A program made the position numbers and the translations under genes. The notes below the pieces were generated by a model. The model was not told where the DNA came from. It worked only from the letters and a program-made list of their open reading frames with translations, and ran no database searches. From a virus, in the IMG/VR virus record IMGVR_UViG_3300025018_000100: 64,000 nt of DNA; one strand, written 5' to 3'. Positions 20,307 through 29,900 of the stretch are shown piece by piece. How positions within the stretch are numbered: position 1 is the stretch's first letter; each line of letters starts with the position of its first letter.

Positions 20307-21075
20307 TAAATTCTTCTCCTACCTTTACTATATCATTTTTACCGTGGTTCGCTGTCTTTACATACCCACTAACAAACTGACCACCTTGTCTATGCATACC
20401 ATAAATTAAGGCTAGACTATTACTACTGTCGGTACTATTAGTTAAACTACCAAACGCATCATTATCTTTTCTGTCTTGAATATCGGTTTCTTGTTCGGGG
20501 GCACTGGGTTTTTTTTGAAATAAAGACATAATACCTCCAAGTATTAGATTAATTCCTATTCCCATCAGTGTTTGTGCAGCATATCCAGCTACTCCAGTAA
20601 GCCCACTATATGCTGCAGCACTTTGAGCAAGAAAACTACCTCCCGCAGCACCTCCCGCAGCTCCTCCAACAGCCGCGCCTCCAGCTGCTCCCCCAGCTGC
20701 CCCAACTGCTCCGCCAGCCGCTAATAAAGCAGGAAGAGCAAAAAAAGCAAACGCAGCTATAGCTGCACCAAGTATAATACCACTTTTACCACCCCCACCA
20801 CCACTAATCGTAGGAACTACATATACTTCAGTAATATATTTTGGATTTTTTATTATAGTTGTTTCGGTAATCAGTTTCTTATCTTGATCTAAAATTAATA
20901 ATAAATCCTTACTAGTTTCGAAGTTACTAATATCAGTAAACTTTAAAATCAATTCTTCAAATGTACTTTTTAAAGCATAACTAAGACCTAAAAAATCAGC
21001 CACATCAAAAGTAAATTCTGATACATTACTTGTGTATTTATGAAGAGAGGTGTGAAAGTGTACTTTTATTTTCAT
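20299..21075 (-). CDS. Tail assembly protein I-like (ubiquitin-like domain + Gly/Ala hydrophobic segment), paralog 2
   Basis: MoaD-like N-terminus ending VVPTISGG; C-terminal AFGSLTNSTDS...IYGMHRQGGQFVSG. Confidence 0.8.
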   Translation of the reverse strand: MKIKVHFHTSLHKYTSNVSEFTFDVADFLGLSYALKSTFEELILKFTDISNFETSKDLLLILDQDKKLITETTIIKNPKYITEVYVVPTISGGGGGKSGIILGAAIAAFAFFALPALLAAGGAVGAAGGAAGGAAVGGAAGGAAGGSFLAQSAAAYSGLTGVAGYAAQTLMGIGINLILGGIMSLFQKKPSAPEQETDIQDRKDNDAFGSLTNSTDSSNSLALIYGMHRQGGQFVSGYVKTANHGKNDIVKVGEEFNV

Positions 21076-21813
21076 TTAAAATTCCTCTCCTACATTTATC
21101 ATATCAGTCTTACCATGATTTTTAGTTTTTATATATCCGCTCACAAACTGACCACCAATTCTGTGCATTCCATATATAATACCTATCGCGCTTCTACTAT
21201 CTGTACTATTAGCAAGACTACCATAAGCATTATTCTCTGTTCTAGCCCCAGAATCAGGTACTTTTTGCTGGTTATTATTAATTTTAGGTTTTGGAGCTAA
21301 CCCAGAGAGTACCAACGAAAAACCTATACTTAAAGCTAATTGCCCTAAAGTAGTTAAACTTACTGTAGTAGCAGCGGCTGCTGCGGCTGCTCCACTACCT
21401 GCTGCAGCGATAGCACCGCCACTAAGAGTAGCACCACCAGCTGTTGAGCTAGTAGCTAATAGACCTAAACTCGCACCACCTGTAAAGAAAGATAATGCAA
21501 CTGCAGCAATAATTATAATACCGGCAATTAGACCACCATTACCGCCGCCACCATTTATAATAGGTACTAACGTAATCTCTTTCTTAGGTTTAAAAAATAC
21601 TTCATCCATAGGTACTACTTTACCATCACTTACTAGTAAAGCTTCTTCTTTAAAGTTATCTTTAACTACTGTTCTAAAATAGTTTTCAAGGTCTGGAAAC
21701 ATATTAGCTGCTGCTGTAACAGCATCACAATAACTTGTTACGTTTACTGTAATACTATCTACACCATTAGTAAATTTAGTTAATAGCTTATGAAATCGTA
21801 AAGTTACCTGCAT
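21076..21813 (-). CDS. Tail assembly protein I-like, paralog 1
   Basis: N-terminus ending LVPIINGG; C-terminal AYGSLANSTDS...IYGMHRIGGQFVSG. Confidence 0.8.
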   Translation of the reverse strand: MQVTLRFHKLLTKFTNGVDSITVNVTSYCDAVTAAANMFPDLENYFRTVVKDNFKEEALLVSDGKVVPMDEVFFKPKKEITLVPIINGGGGNGGLIAGIIIIAAVALSFFTGGASLGLLATSSTAGGATLSGGAIAAAGSGAAAAAAATTVSLTTLGQLALSIGFSLVLSGLAPKPKINNNQQKVPDSGARTENNAYGSLANSTDSRSAIGIIYGMHRIGGQFVSGYIKTKNHGKTDMINVGEEF

Positions 21814-21823
21814 CTATAAACCT

Positions 21824-22195
21824 CTATTTAAGGTGTCGAACCTCAAAAGGTTCATATCTTAACATTTTTAGTTTTTTATCGTACCAATAGATAAAGAACT
21901 TATCATTCCATCCCACAATAAATTTATAATTATCAAATGTTGTGCTGGCCATATCTTGTTCACTAGGAATAGGATTTTCATCACCAGGGTGACTATGAAA
22001 TATACCCCAACAAGTGTCCTCATGGTCTAATAATGCTACAGGGTCTAATACAAAACTAGTTTTAGGATATAGGCTAATATTTTTACAAAATACGTATTTA
22101 AAATCTTTAGTTATTAATCCGCACGCTTCTCTTGGGTAATCTGCGTGAGCATGTCTACCCATATCATCTTTTAATTTGTTATAAAGCTCTTCCAC
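21824..22195 (-). CDS. JAB/MPN metallopeptidase (lambda K N-terminal-like)
   Basis: PREACG, FHSHP...PSEQD JAMM motif. Confidence 0.9.
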   Translation of the reverse strand: MEELYNKLKDDMGRHAHADYPREACGLITKDFKYVFCKNISLYPKTSFVLDPVALLDHEDTCWGIFHSHPGDENPIPSEQDMASTTFDNYKFIVGWNDKFFIYWYDKKLKMLRYEPFEVRHLK

Positions 22196-22611
22196 CTGTA
22201 ATGTCCTTCAGTGTATTGTTTGTAATAGTTACCATATGATCCGATCCAGCTATTTCTATCAATAGTAATTTGAAGTAATTTATTATCTCCAACGTACATT
22301 GCCACATGATTTGGCATATTTGTTGCGCCTAGAGTCATTACTATAATATCAAAAGGCCTCATTTCACCATTATGTATTTCAACCCAGCCATATTTTTCAT
22401 CTCTAAACATATTAAGAGGGTGGTGTAAATCTGGATGATTGTACCAATCATCATCGGTTATATTACAAAAGGTACTTGTACTATACCATATATCAATATC
22501 ATGTTCTTTCTTTAGTACATATTTGATTAAATTACCACAATCAATACCGGTTACTGGGTCTTCCCCTAAATGTTTATAGGGTAATCCTTTATATTTTTCA
22601 TACCAAGTCAT
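22171..22611 (-). CDS. NlpC/P60 peptidase (lambda K C-terminal-like)
   Basis: GLPY...GIDCGNL...NHVAMYVG. Confidence 0.85.
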   Translation of the reverse strand: MTWYEKYKGLPYKHLGEDPVTGIDCGNLIKYVLKKEHDIDIWYSTSTFCNITDDDWYNHPDLHHPLNMFRDEKYGWVEIHNGEMRPFDIIVMTLGATNMPNHVAMYVGDNKLLQITIDRNSWIGSYGNYYKQYTEGHYRWKSFITN

Positions 22612-23023
22612 AGTGTCTATAACATCCTATTAATATTTTTATATCATCTTCATTAAGTAATTTAAAAGTTGCGTATCCGTTAAAAGGTAAATGAATATAA
22701 GTACCTGCTTCAATATACATTCCAAAATGAACATGTCTCATATTTTTAGTTCTAAATATAAGAATATCATATTCTTGGATGTCTCGCAAATTAATTTTTT
22801 TCCAATTATTTATTTCGTTAATTATAGTTTCATAAGGTACAATTTGATACCATTTTGCATCAATATTAGTAACACCATCAGTACCTGCTCTACTTAAACA
22901 TTCTTTTAAATCTATATTTAGAAATCTATTATATATGTCAACAATTAAGGTTACGCAATTCATCCCCTGCCATTCATGTTTTATCTTAATGTAATGTTCA
23001 TATTTTTTTAAACCAGTGCTCAT
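22598..23023 (-). CDS. Second NlpC/P60-like protein
   Basis: GMNCVTL...YDILIF...HFGMYI...YIHL. Confidence 0.75.
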   Translation of the reverse strand: MSTGLKKYEHYIKIKHEWQGMNCVTLIVDIYNRFLNIDLKECLSRAGTDGVTNIDAKWYQIVPYETIINEINNWKKINLRDIQEYDILIFRTKNMRHVHFGMYIEAGTYIHLPFNGYATFKLLNEDDIKILIGCYRHYDLV

Positions 23024-24179
23024 AATAAGGAAAAACCTCTATAAAATTTTCATTTCTTATACTATCTAATTTATCTGTATAATTTTTAAATTTAGATAGA
23101 AGATGACTATTATCTTGATTGTTCATAAATTTTAACCATACTAATATATGATTAACCTCATTTAAATGTAATCTTTTATCGATAGATAAATATTCTTTAT
23201 ATTTTTTATTTATAATTCTCTTTTCTTCAATAGGTAAACATTGAATGCTTAAATAGTTAGGAAAATATAATAAAGTGCCGTTAAAAAATATATCGTGAGT
23301 TTTGCACCAGTCGATCAACCTTAGCATACTATGTATGCTGTATATGTTAATAACACTACTAATTGTAGTTATATATTGTTTAACTTCCAAGCAATTAGCT
23401 TCAAACTGATCCCAGTTTAGTCCTTTTCTACTATATTCTGCTTCTTTGCCCATACCGTCCATACTAGGCCATAATTCAACTTCGTTGAAGTGGCTCCATA
23501 GTTCAGGTAAATCATATTCTTTATAGCGAAGTACACTAAGATTAGTATTATATGTAAGTCTAAGATTGGTATATCCATTACTAATTAAATATTCTAGTAA
23601 TTCATAATGTTCATCCATCATTAGCGGCTCTCCGCCCGCAAAATAAATTTCTTCTACATTATCTATAAATGTCGGAATGTCGTCCCACAAAGCTGGTTTA
23701 TTCCAATTTTTATGAGGACCTTTGAAATTTGTTTTACCAGTTAATTTCTGCCAATCATTATACCATTTAGTACTACTTTCAGGCCCGCACATTCTACACC
23801 TAAAATTGCAAACATTACTGAATCTAATATCAAAATAAGAAATGGGCACATCTACACTACCGTCAGGGTTAGTTTTATCCCAAAGGTCATGTTTATGTAC
23901 CCATTTTTTATTTTGATCGGTTCTGAAACTAGTCCCGCGTTGAGCCGCTTCGCGGCTATGGCAGGTTAAATAACATTCTCTAGGTATCTCATTATTAATA
24001 TATTGACTTCTAATGTGTTTCATTGGATTGCCATTCCAAACAGCATTATAGCTATCTTCACTAGTACCTAATTCTGTTTTTTCTTTTTGGTTCTGCAAGT
24101 AACAACAAAGTCTATATTTACCTTCTACATCTCCGTGTATATGTATCCAAGGAAGGATACATTTGTTATTATCAGTCAT
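22998..24179 (-). CDS. Radical SAM protein with N-terminal Cys-rich (twitch-like) domain
   Basis: CILPW...RLCC N-terminus; CNFRCRMC; FAGGEP; YNTN; SMDG; GAGGGG RBS before ATG 24179. Confidence 0.9.
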   Translation of the reverse strand: MTDNNKCILPWIHIHGDVEGKYRLCCYLQNQKEKTELGTSEDSYNAVWNGNPMKHIRSQYINNEIPRECYLTCHSREAAQRGTSFRTDQNKKWVHKHDLWDKTNPDGSVDVPISYFDIRFSNVCNFRCRMCGPESSTKWYNDWQKLTGKTNFKGPHKNWNKPALWDDIPTFIDNVEEIYFAGGEPLMMDEHYELLEYLISNGYTNLRLTYNTNLSVLRYKEYDLPELWSHFNEVELWPSMDGMGKEAEYSRKGLNWDQFEANCLEVKQYITTISSVINIYSIHSMLRLIDWCKTHDIFFNGTLLYFPNYLSIQCLPIEEKRIINKKYKEYLSIDKRLHLNEVNHILVWLKFMNNQDNSHLLSKFKNYTDKLDSIRNENFIEVFPYYEHWFKKI

Positions 24180-24365
24180 TATTCCCCTCAAAATTTAAAT
24201 ACAATTATGACGTTTTATAAAAAATAGCAAACTTCGTTTGTAAATTTATTGAATTAAAATTACGTATGTCCCAAATGGGCTACACGAGCCGTGCTAGCAT
24301 AACGTAAGACAATATAATTTTATTATGATAATTCAATAATAATAAAACTACGTTTTACATAAATA

Positions 24366-24394
24366 ATTGTATCATAATTTTTAATAATTGTCAA
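24366..24394 (-). promoter_or_regulatory. sigma70 promoter for radical SAM gene and downstream tail genes
   Basis: TTGACA-17 nt-TACAAT. Confidence 0.8.
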
Positions 24395-24423
24395 GTGTAT
24401 CTAGCAATTTTATTTTTTATATT

Positions 24424-25917
24424 TTACCTAGGGATAGTTCTACCAGTTCCTGGGAAGCCTCCGAAATGAATATTGTTATTTCTAAGAGTACATGCTTCAA
24501 AGTTTTTAGCACAAACATCTTCTTGTACAGTAAGTACTTCTGCATTATTAATATCAAAGTATCCATTAGCTGTACGATTTTGTGTATCTCCTGGAATTAA
24601 ATCAGAACCATTATCAGGATATTGACATTCGGGACCTTTATATGACCAAGGACAGCTATTCTTAAAATACTTTCTTTTTGGCAGCTGTAGTTTGAAATAT
24701 TGAAGCCAACTTACTACTGCGAATACTGCAACAATCGGATTTAAAGTATCTAAACTATCAATTTTAAAGTTATCAACTACGAAACCGTCTTGGTCAGCTT
24801 CTTCATTTACGATGTACAGCTTATCCCCAGCTTTTACGTTTGGAACTTCTGTATCGGTGATTAAGTTATCTCCGAACATATTAATAATCTGATAAGTTTC
24901 TTGATTAGAATTACTACGTACTATGTCGCCAATTCTATAAGGAAGTGTAGATGCTACAGTAATAAGATTAGGAGTAGTTTCTCTAACAATGCTATATTCA
25001 GGCCATACGTCAAGAAAGTTAGCGTAAGTACTTTTAATTTCGATTACTCCGCCTAGTAAGTCTCTAGTATCAATTTTTAGTTTATTCCAAGTATCTCCAA
25101 GACTAATAGTTGTATCATAATCAAAAGCGACGTTGTATCCGCCTCTGCTAGCTGCTATATTTTCATCAAAGTCTGGATGTTCTGGATTAGTACGTGGATC
25201 AATATTGGTAACATATTCACCATTAACAATAGCCGTATTACTATTACTGCTATTATTTCCTACAAGAAAAGGGTTTTCTACAAGAGTAGTAATTAGATTA
25301 TCAAAGTTACTAATAGTAATCTGAATTTCATTTACTTGCCCACTACTGTCTATACCAATATCACCACTTTCGATAGGGTAAGGAAGAAAACTTTCTCCAC
25401 CAAATAAACATTCATACTGAATATCACTAGCTGTTTCACCCCTAATCTCGGCAAATCTGAAAGGTAAACCATCGGGCCAAGGATATCCTGTACCCTCTCC
25501 TGTAGGATTTCCTGCTTGATTTGGTGGGTACCATTCTCCTGGGTAGTATAAAGTGTAAAGTCTAACTGAGGGTCTTTGAACAAAAGCGTTCTTTTCCCTA
25601 ATAAAATTACTATTTTGAATGTTAGTTATCTCACAACTACTAACAACAGTGGTTGCATTATAACTAGGCTCAAAATAGGGTTGTTGATTGATATCGACAC
25701 TTCCACCACTTGTAGTAATAAAAGTAGTATTGCAGGTTTCTGCAATATTATACTCTTGTAGTACGTTATCTACTTTAACCTTAATAGTGTTATTCTCAGG
25801 ATTAACGTTAGCAATAAATCCTTCAGTACCGCTTGTGATACCAATAATATTGTTACCTTGTGTAAATCCTACAGTGCTATTAACTGTTAAAATGTAATCG
25901 TATGTACGTGTTGTCAT
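24424..25917 (-). CDS. Minor tail protein L-like (Fe-S tail tip protein) with insertions
   Basis: YLPYPI-like core; LPKR...CPWSYKGPECQY...CAKNFEAC...FGGFPG four-Cys C-terminus. Confidence 0.85.
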   Translation of the reverse strand: MTTRTYDYILTVNSTVGFTQGNNIIGITSGTEGFIANVNPENNTIKVKVDNVLQEYNIAETCNTTFITTSGGSVDINQQPYFEPSYNATTVVSSCEITNIQNSNFIREKNAFVQRPSVRLYTLYYPGEWYPPNQAGNPTGEGTGYPWPDGLPFRFAEIRGETASDIQYECLFGGESFLPYPIESGDIGIDSSGQVNEIQITISNFDNLITTLVENPFLVGNNSSNSNTAIVNGEYVTNIDPRTNPEHPDFDENIAASRGGYNVAFDYDTTISLGDTWNKLKIDTRDLLGGVIEIKSTYANFLDVWPEYSIVRETTPNLITVASTLPYRIGDIVRSNSNQETYQIINMFGDNLITDTEVPNVKAGDKLYIVNEEADQDGFVVDNFKIDSLDTLNPIVAVFAVVSWLQYFKLQLPKRKYFKNSCPWSYKGPECQYPDNGSDLIPGDTQNRTANGYFDINNAEVLTVQEDVCAKNFEACTLRNNNIHFGGFPGTGRTIPR

Positions 25918-26867
25918 TAACCATAAACCTCTTTTAATTTAATTGATACAGAATAAAATTGATCTTGTACGTTTGTGCCTCTACTACCAATATGATTGAA
26001 TTGTAAATCTCCTTCAAATCTTACATTAACAGTACCTGGCTCATTTATATGAGATAAGTTGAAGATGAAATCTTCAAACGTCCCACTTCTTTCATTATAA
26101 AAATTCTCTAAAGCTTGTTTTTCTACGCCGCTAAGAACAGAATAAGTTAGCTGGTACTCTCTTTTAGCTCTACGACTAAGTAGTCTTCTTTTTTCATAAC
26201 CTGCTTGGCTTTCAAAAGTAGCAACATCAAATTTTCTAGATTCTGTATAACCTTTATCTGGCTTTTTATCCGCCATACTATTACATCTATCAGTAAAAGA
26301 GATACTATTATTAATAGTTCTAATGTCTAGAAAAGTATTGGCATATGCTGGAATAGGTGGATCAATGTCAATACCTTGATCACCTAAAACAGAACTTGGA
26401 AATACGAAACTATTATCGCTTTGATTAACACCATTAACAAACACAAAAATACTAGGTTTTTGTGTAGAAGTACTATTTAAGGGTAGTGCCCAACTAGTAG
26501 TAACCCCATCAATTAAATAATTATTTGCATTATTAGTGACTGGATTATTATTGCTATAAGTAACACTGAATGTTCCTGTCTCTGACACTAGCTTTTTAAA
26601 CCTAGCAGGAATACTTAAAGTTTTAATAGTTAAATTAGCAGCATTCGGAGGTATATAAAAATTAATTGTGGAATTATTGTTACTTACGTAAAAACTAGAA
26701 GTTGATTGAGTTACACCATCCGTAATTGCAAAGATTTCTCCTTCAAAAGAAACACTACTAGGGAGGTTAAAAGATACGTCTGTTGAAGTATTTGTATACT
26801 GCGTAGTACCAATTACACTAAAACTAGTTTCTATGTCAAATACTGCATCATCTGGATAAGTTGCCAT
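25917..26867 (-). CDS. Distal tail protein (lambda M-like C-terminal domain)
   Basis: FESQAGYEKRR...FYNERSG.FE.F.F...VRFE; follows tape measure. Confidence 0.7.
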   Translation of the reverse strand: MATYPDDAVFDIETSFSVIGTTQYTNTSTDVSFNLPSSVSFEGEIFAITDGVTQSTSSFYVSNNNSTINFYIPPNAANLTIKTLSIPARFKKLVSETGTFSVTYSNNNPVTNNANNYLIDGVTTSWALPLNSTSTQKPSIFVFVNGVNQSDNSFVFPSSVLGDQGIDIDPPIPAYANTFLDIRTINNSISFTDRCNSMADKKPDKGYTESRKFDVATFESQAGYEKRRLLSRRAKREYQLTYSVLSGVEKQALENFYNERSGTFEDFIFNLSHINEPGTVNVRFEGDLQFNHIGSRGTNVQDQFYSVSIKLKEVYG

Positions 26868-26979
26868 TTTTTATTTCCTCTTAATTAATCTTTGTACGTT
26901 CTTACCAGCAACAAATTCTCTTATTAATTTATCAATATGATGAAATTTTTTATTACTGGAAGAACGTACATTAATTATA

Positions 26980-29900
26980 TTACACACTTCTAAGTCCTTT
27001 TCTAATTGGTCCGTTATTTCTGAAATCTTTTAATACTACATCAATAACAAACTGTTTACCGTCAAAACTTACCTGAGGTTGACCATCAGTTTGTTGGGCT
27101 GTGCCATTGTTAACAATATTAACTTTAACATCAGGCTGTCCACCAGAACCCCCTCTATTCATATTTCTTAAATTATTAAGACCTATATCTTGAGAAGCTC
27201 TCTTGTTCATAACAAACTCGCCTGGCTCTAACATTGCAGGCACACTATCTCTTAATAGATTTGGACCTCCAGCAGCCATATATCTAACAGGACCCCCTGC
27301 CGCCATGGTTCTACCATCTAAGATTCCATACTGAGCAACGGATAAAGCACTACTAGTTCCTACGTTACTACCAGCAGTAAATCCAGCACCTCCGCCAAAC
27401 ATACTACTTATTCCAGTACCAATAAGCCCTAGGATACTACCAAAACCGCTACTAGAACCGCCAGAACTTCCTAAAGCACTAGATAAGCTACTACCTAAAA
27501 AGTCAAATACTTTTGTGGCTGTGTTACCAAACGAACTTAATCCTCTTGATAAAAGTCCGTTTTCTCCAAAAACACTATCAAAAAATCCAGTAGTTTGTTC
27601 TTTGTTTTTATTAATAGTTTCTGTAACAGCTTTATCTGAATTTTCCGCCGCACTAAGTACTTCGGATTTTATAGATTTACTAGCACCTAAGCTAACATCA
27701 GAAGTGTATAAGGGGAGGTCACGAGAGTTACCTCTCTCTTCGCTCCCAAAAAGATCACCAAAAACACTACCAATCATATCTTCAACAGGTTTTACAATAA
27801 GTCTATCCGTAACTTTTTCTCTTATACCATCTAAGATACCTACGAATAAATCTCTTGCACCTTCTTTAAAGTTGTCCATAGTAAGGGTACCATCAAAATA
27901 AGCCTTGCTTAAATCCTGAATACCTGTTCCAATTTTATTTTTAAGAACTGAACTAATATCGTCAGATAGTAATCTAAGGGCGTCTCCTTGCTCCCTTAAA
28001 TTACTCATGGTTAAACTATGATTAGAATTTGCTTTTATTTGTTCATTTTCTAACTGAGTTATAGTATTTTTAAATTCTTCTTCGTTTATCCCTATTTCTT
28101 TTCTTTTATTATCTATCTTAATTTGTAATGCTGCGAGTTCTGCGGCATTTTCTCTGTTAAGATTTGATATCTTAATGTCGTTTAATTCTGCTTGTAATTT
28201 AGCTAATTCTCCTATATCAAGAATTTCATCTTGTATAGCTCTAGCTTTAAGAGACCTTAATTTGTCCTGAGTATTAGCTTCTTGTGTGGCTGCGTCTGCT
28301 TGAGTAGCTGCTAAGTCCTTAGTAGCATTAATAGTACTATCTAATTGTTCAATAGAAGTTTTAATAGAAGAATTTAGTGAATCAATTTGTTCATCAAAAT
28401 TAGCTACACTAATCAAACTAGGATTACTAGTTCCGTAGAATCCTGCTAATGTTTTAATAAATTCATTGAATATTCTAGCCAATTCAATAGGAAATTGAGT
28501 TAATGCTTGTATTTCTTTCTGAACAGTCAATAATCTGGTTTTTTCTAATTCTAATGCAGCTAATTTATTAGTTTTATTAATATCAATTTCTTGTTTTTTT
28601 ATAGCTAATTCTGCGTCTGCTCTTATTTTTTCTTGATCTAATATATCTAATCTATTAATTAAATTTTTCTGTTCATTAATGCTTTTCTGCTCAGAAATTT
28701 GCTTCTCTCTTAATAAAAGAGCAGCTTTCTGGCTATTATCTTTAGCTTTAAAAGTTTTTTCCGCTTCTAAATTATCTATCTCTAGATTAATAATCCTAGA
28801 TTCATTATCAAATTTTTTCTTTTCTGCTTCTATACGAAGATTAATTAGATTTAATTCTTTTTCTAAGTTACTAGCTGCTTGTTCTGCTATTAAATTTCTT
28901 CTATCTTCCCTAGTACCAAAATTAGGAAAATTAGCTTGATTATCAGCAGTTCTCTGTAATCGTAAGTCTCTTAATAATGCAGCACGTTCTATTGCTAGTT
29001 CTTTTCCCTTTAGTTCTGTATCTAATAGTTTATTAGCTAAATTTAATTCTTCAACTTTATTTTCGTTTATTTGTTGTTGTTTTTTAAATTTAATATTTTG
29101 AGTTTCATTATATGCCTTGCTTATATCTAAAAGAGCATTTTCTTTAGTTAGTAGAGCTTCTAAAGCTTTATTTCTATTATCATAAGCTTCTTGAGATAAT
29201 AAAATATTATTAGATAATTTTTGAATTTCTAATTTTTGCTTTTCAATATCTAATTGTTGTAAAGACTCCCTTAGTCTTTTTTCTTCAGCTATTGCAATTT
29301 TTTGTATTTCTTCTTTTGATTTTAGGAAAGCACCAAATAAAGCCTTTTCCGTAGTTTTTCGGAGATTTCCTAAGGCTACAATCTTAGCATTTTGTTCTAA
29401 ATCTTTTTCTCCTCGACTAGCAGCTTCTTTTTGTAAAGCAGCGAGTTCTATTGATCCTTGTTTTGCTATATTAATAGCAGTTACTAAATTTTCTGCTTTG
29501 TTAGCAGCTATTTCAATACCATTTTCTGCAAATTTACCATTAAATAAGTTAATTATCCCAGAAGATTCTAAGTTATCTACTAAACTTATTTGGCTAGAAA
29601 AAGCTTTAGTAATATTTACAGATAATTGCTCAATAGCTTGAAGCTCTTGGGTTATTTTTCTTGCTTCTTTTCCTTGATCTTTAAGTCTATTTATAATAGC
29701 AACTAATTTAGGGTCTAACTCACCATATTCGTTAGTGTAGGCTTCTTGTAATTTAACTAATTCACTAGTGATAGTAGTTATTGCTGTAAGTTTTTGTGCT
29801 GCCTTCTCTGCATCAAGAGAACCTGAAGCAAAAGAATCAGAGAAACTTTTACTTGCGTTTATGCTTTTACCTAACTCAGAAACTAAATTACCTACACCCG

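Noticed and set aside
24260-24307. Known SAM riboswitch
   Set aside because: Does not match SAM-I, SAM-II, SAM-V or SAM-SAH consensus as I recall them; kept only as an unknown structure
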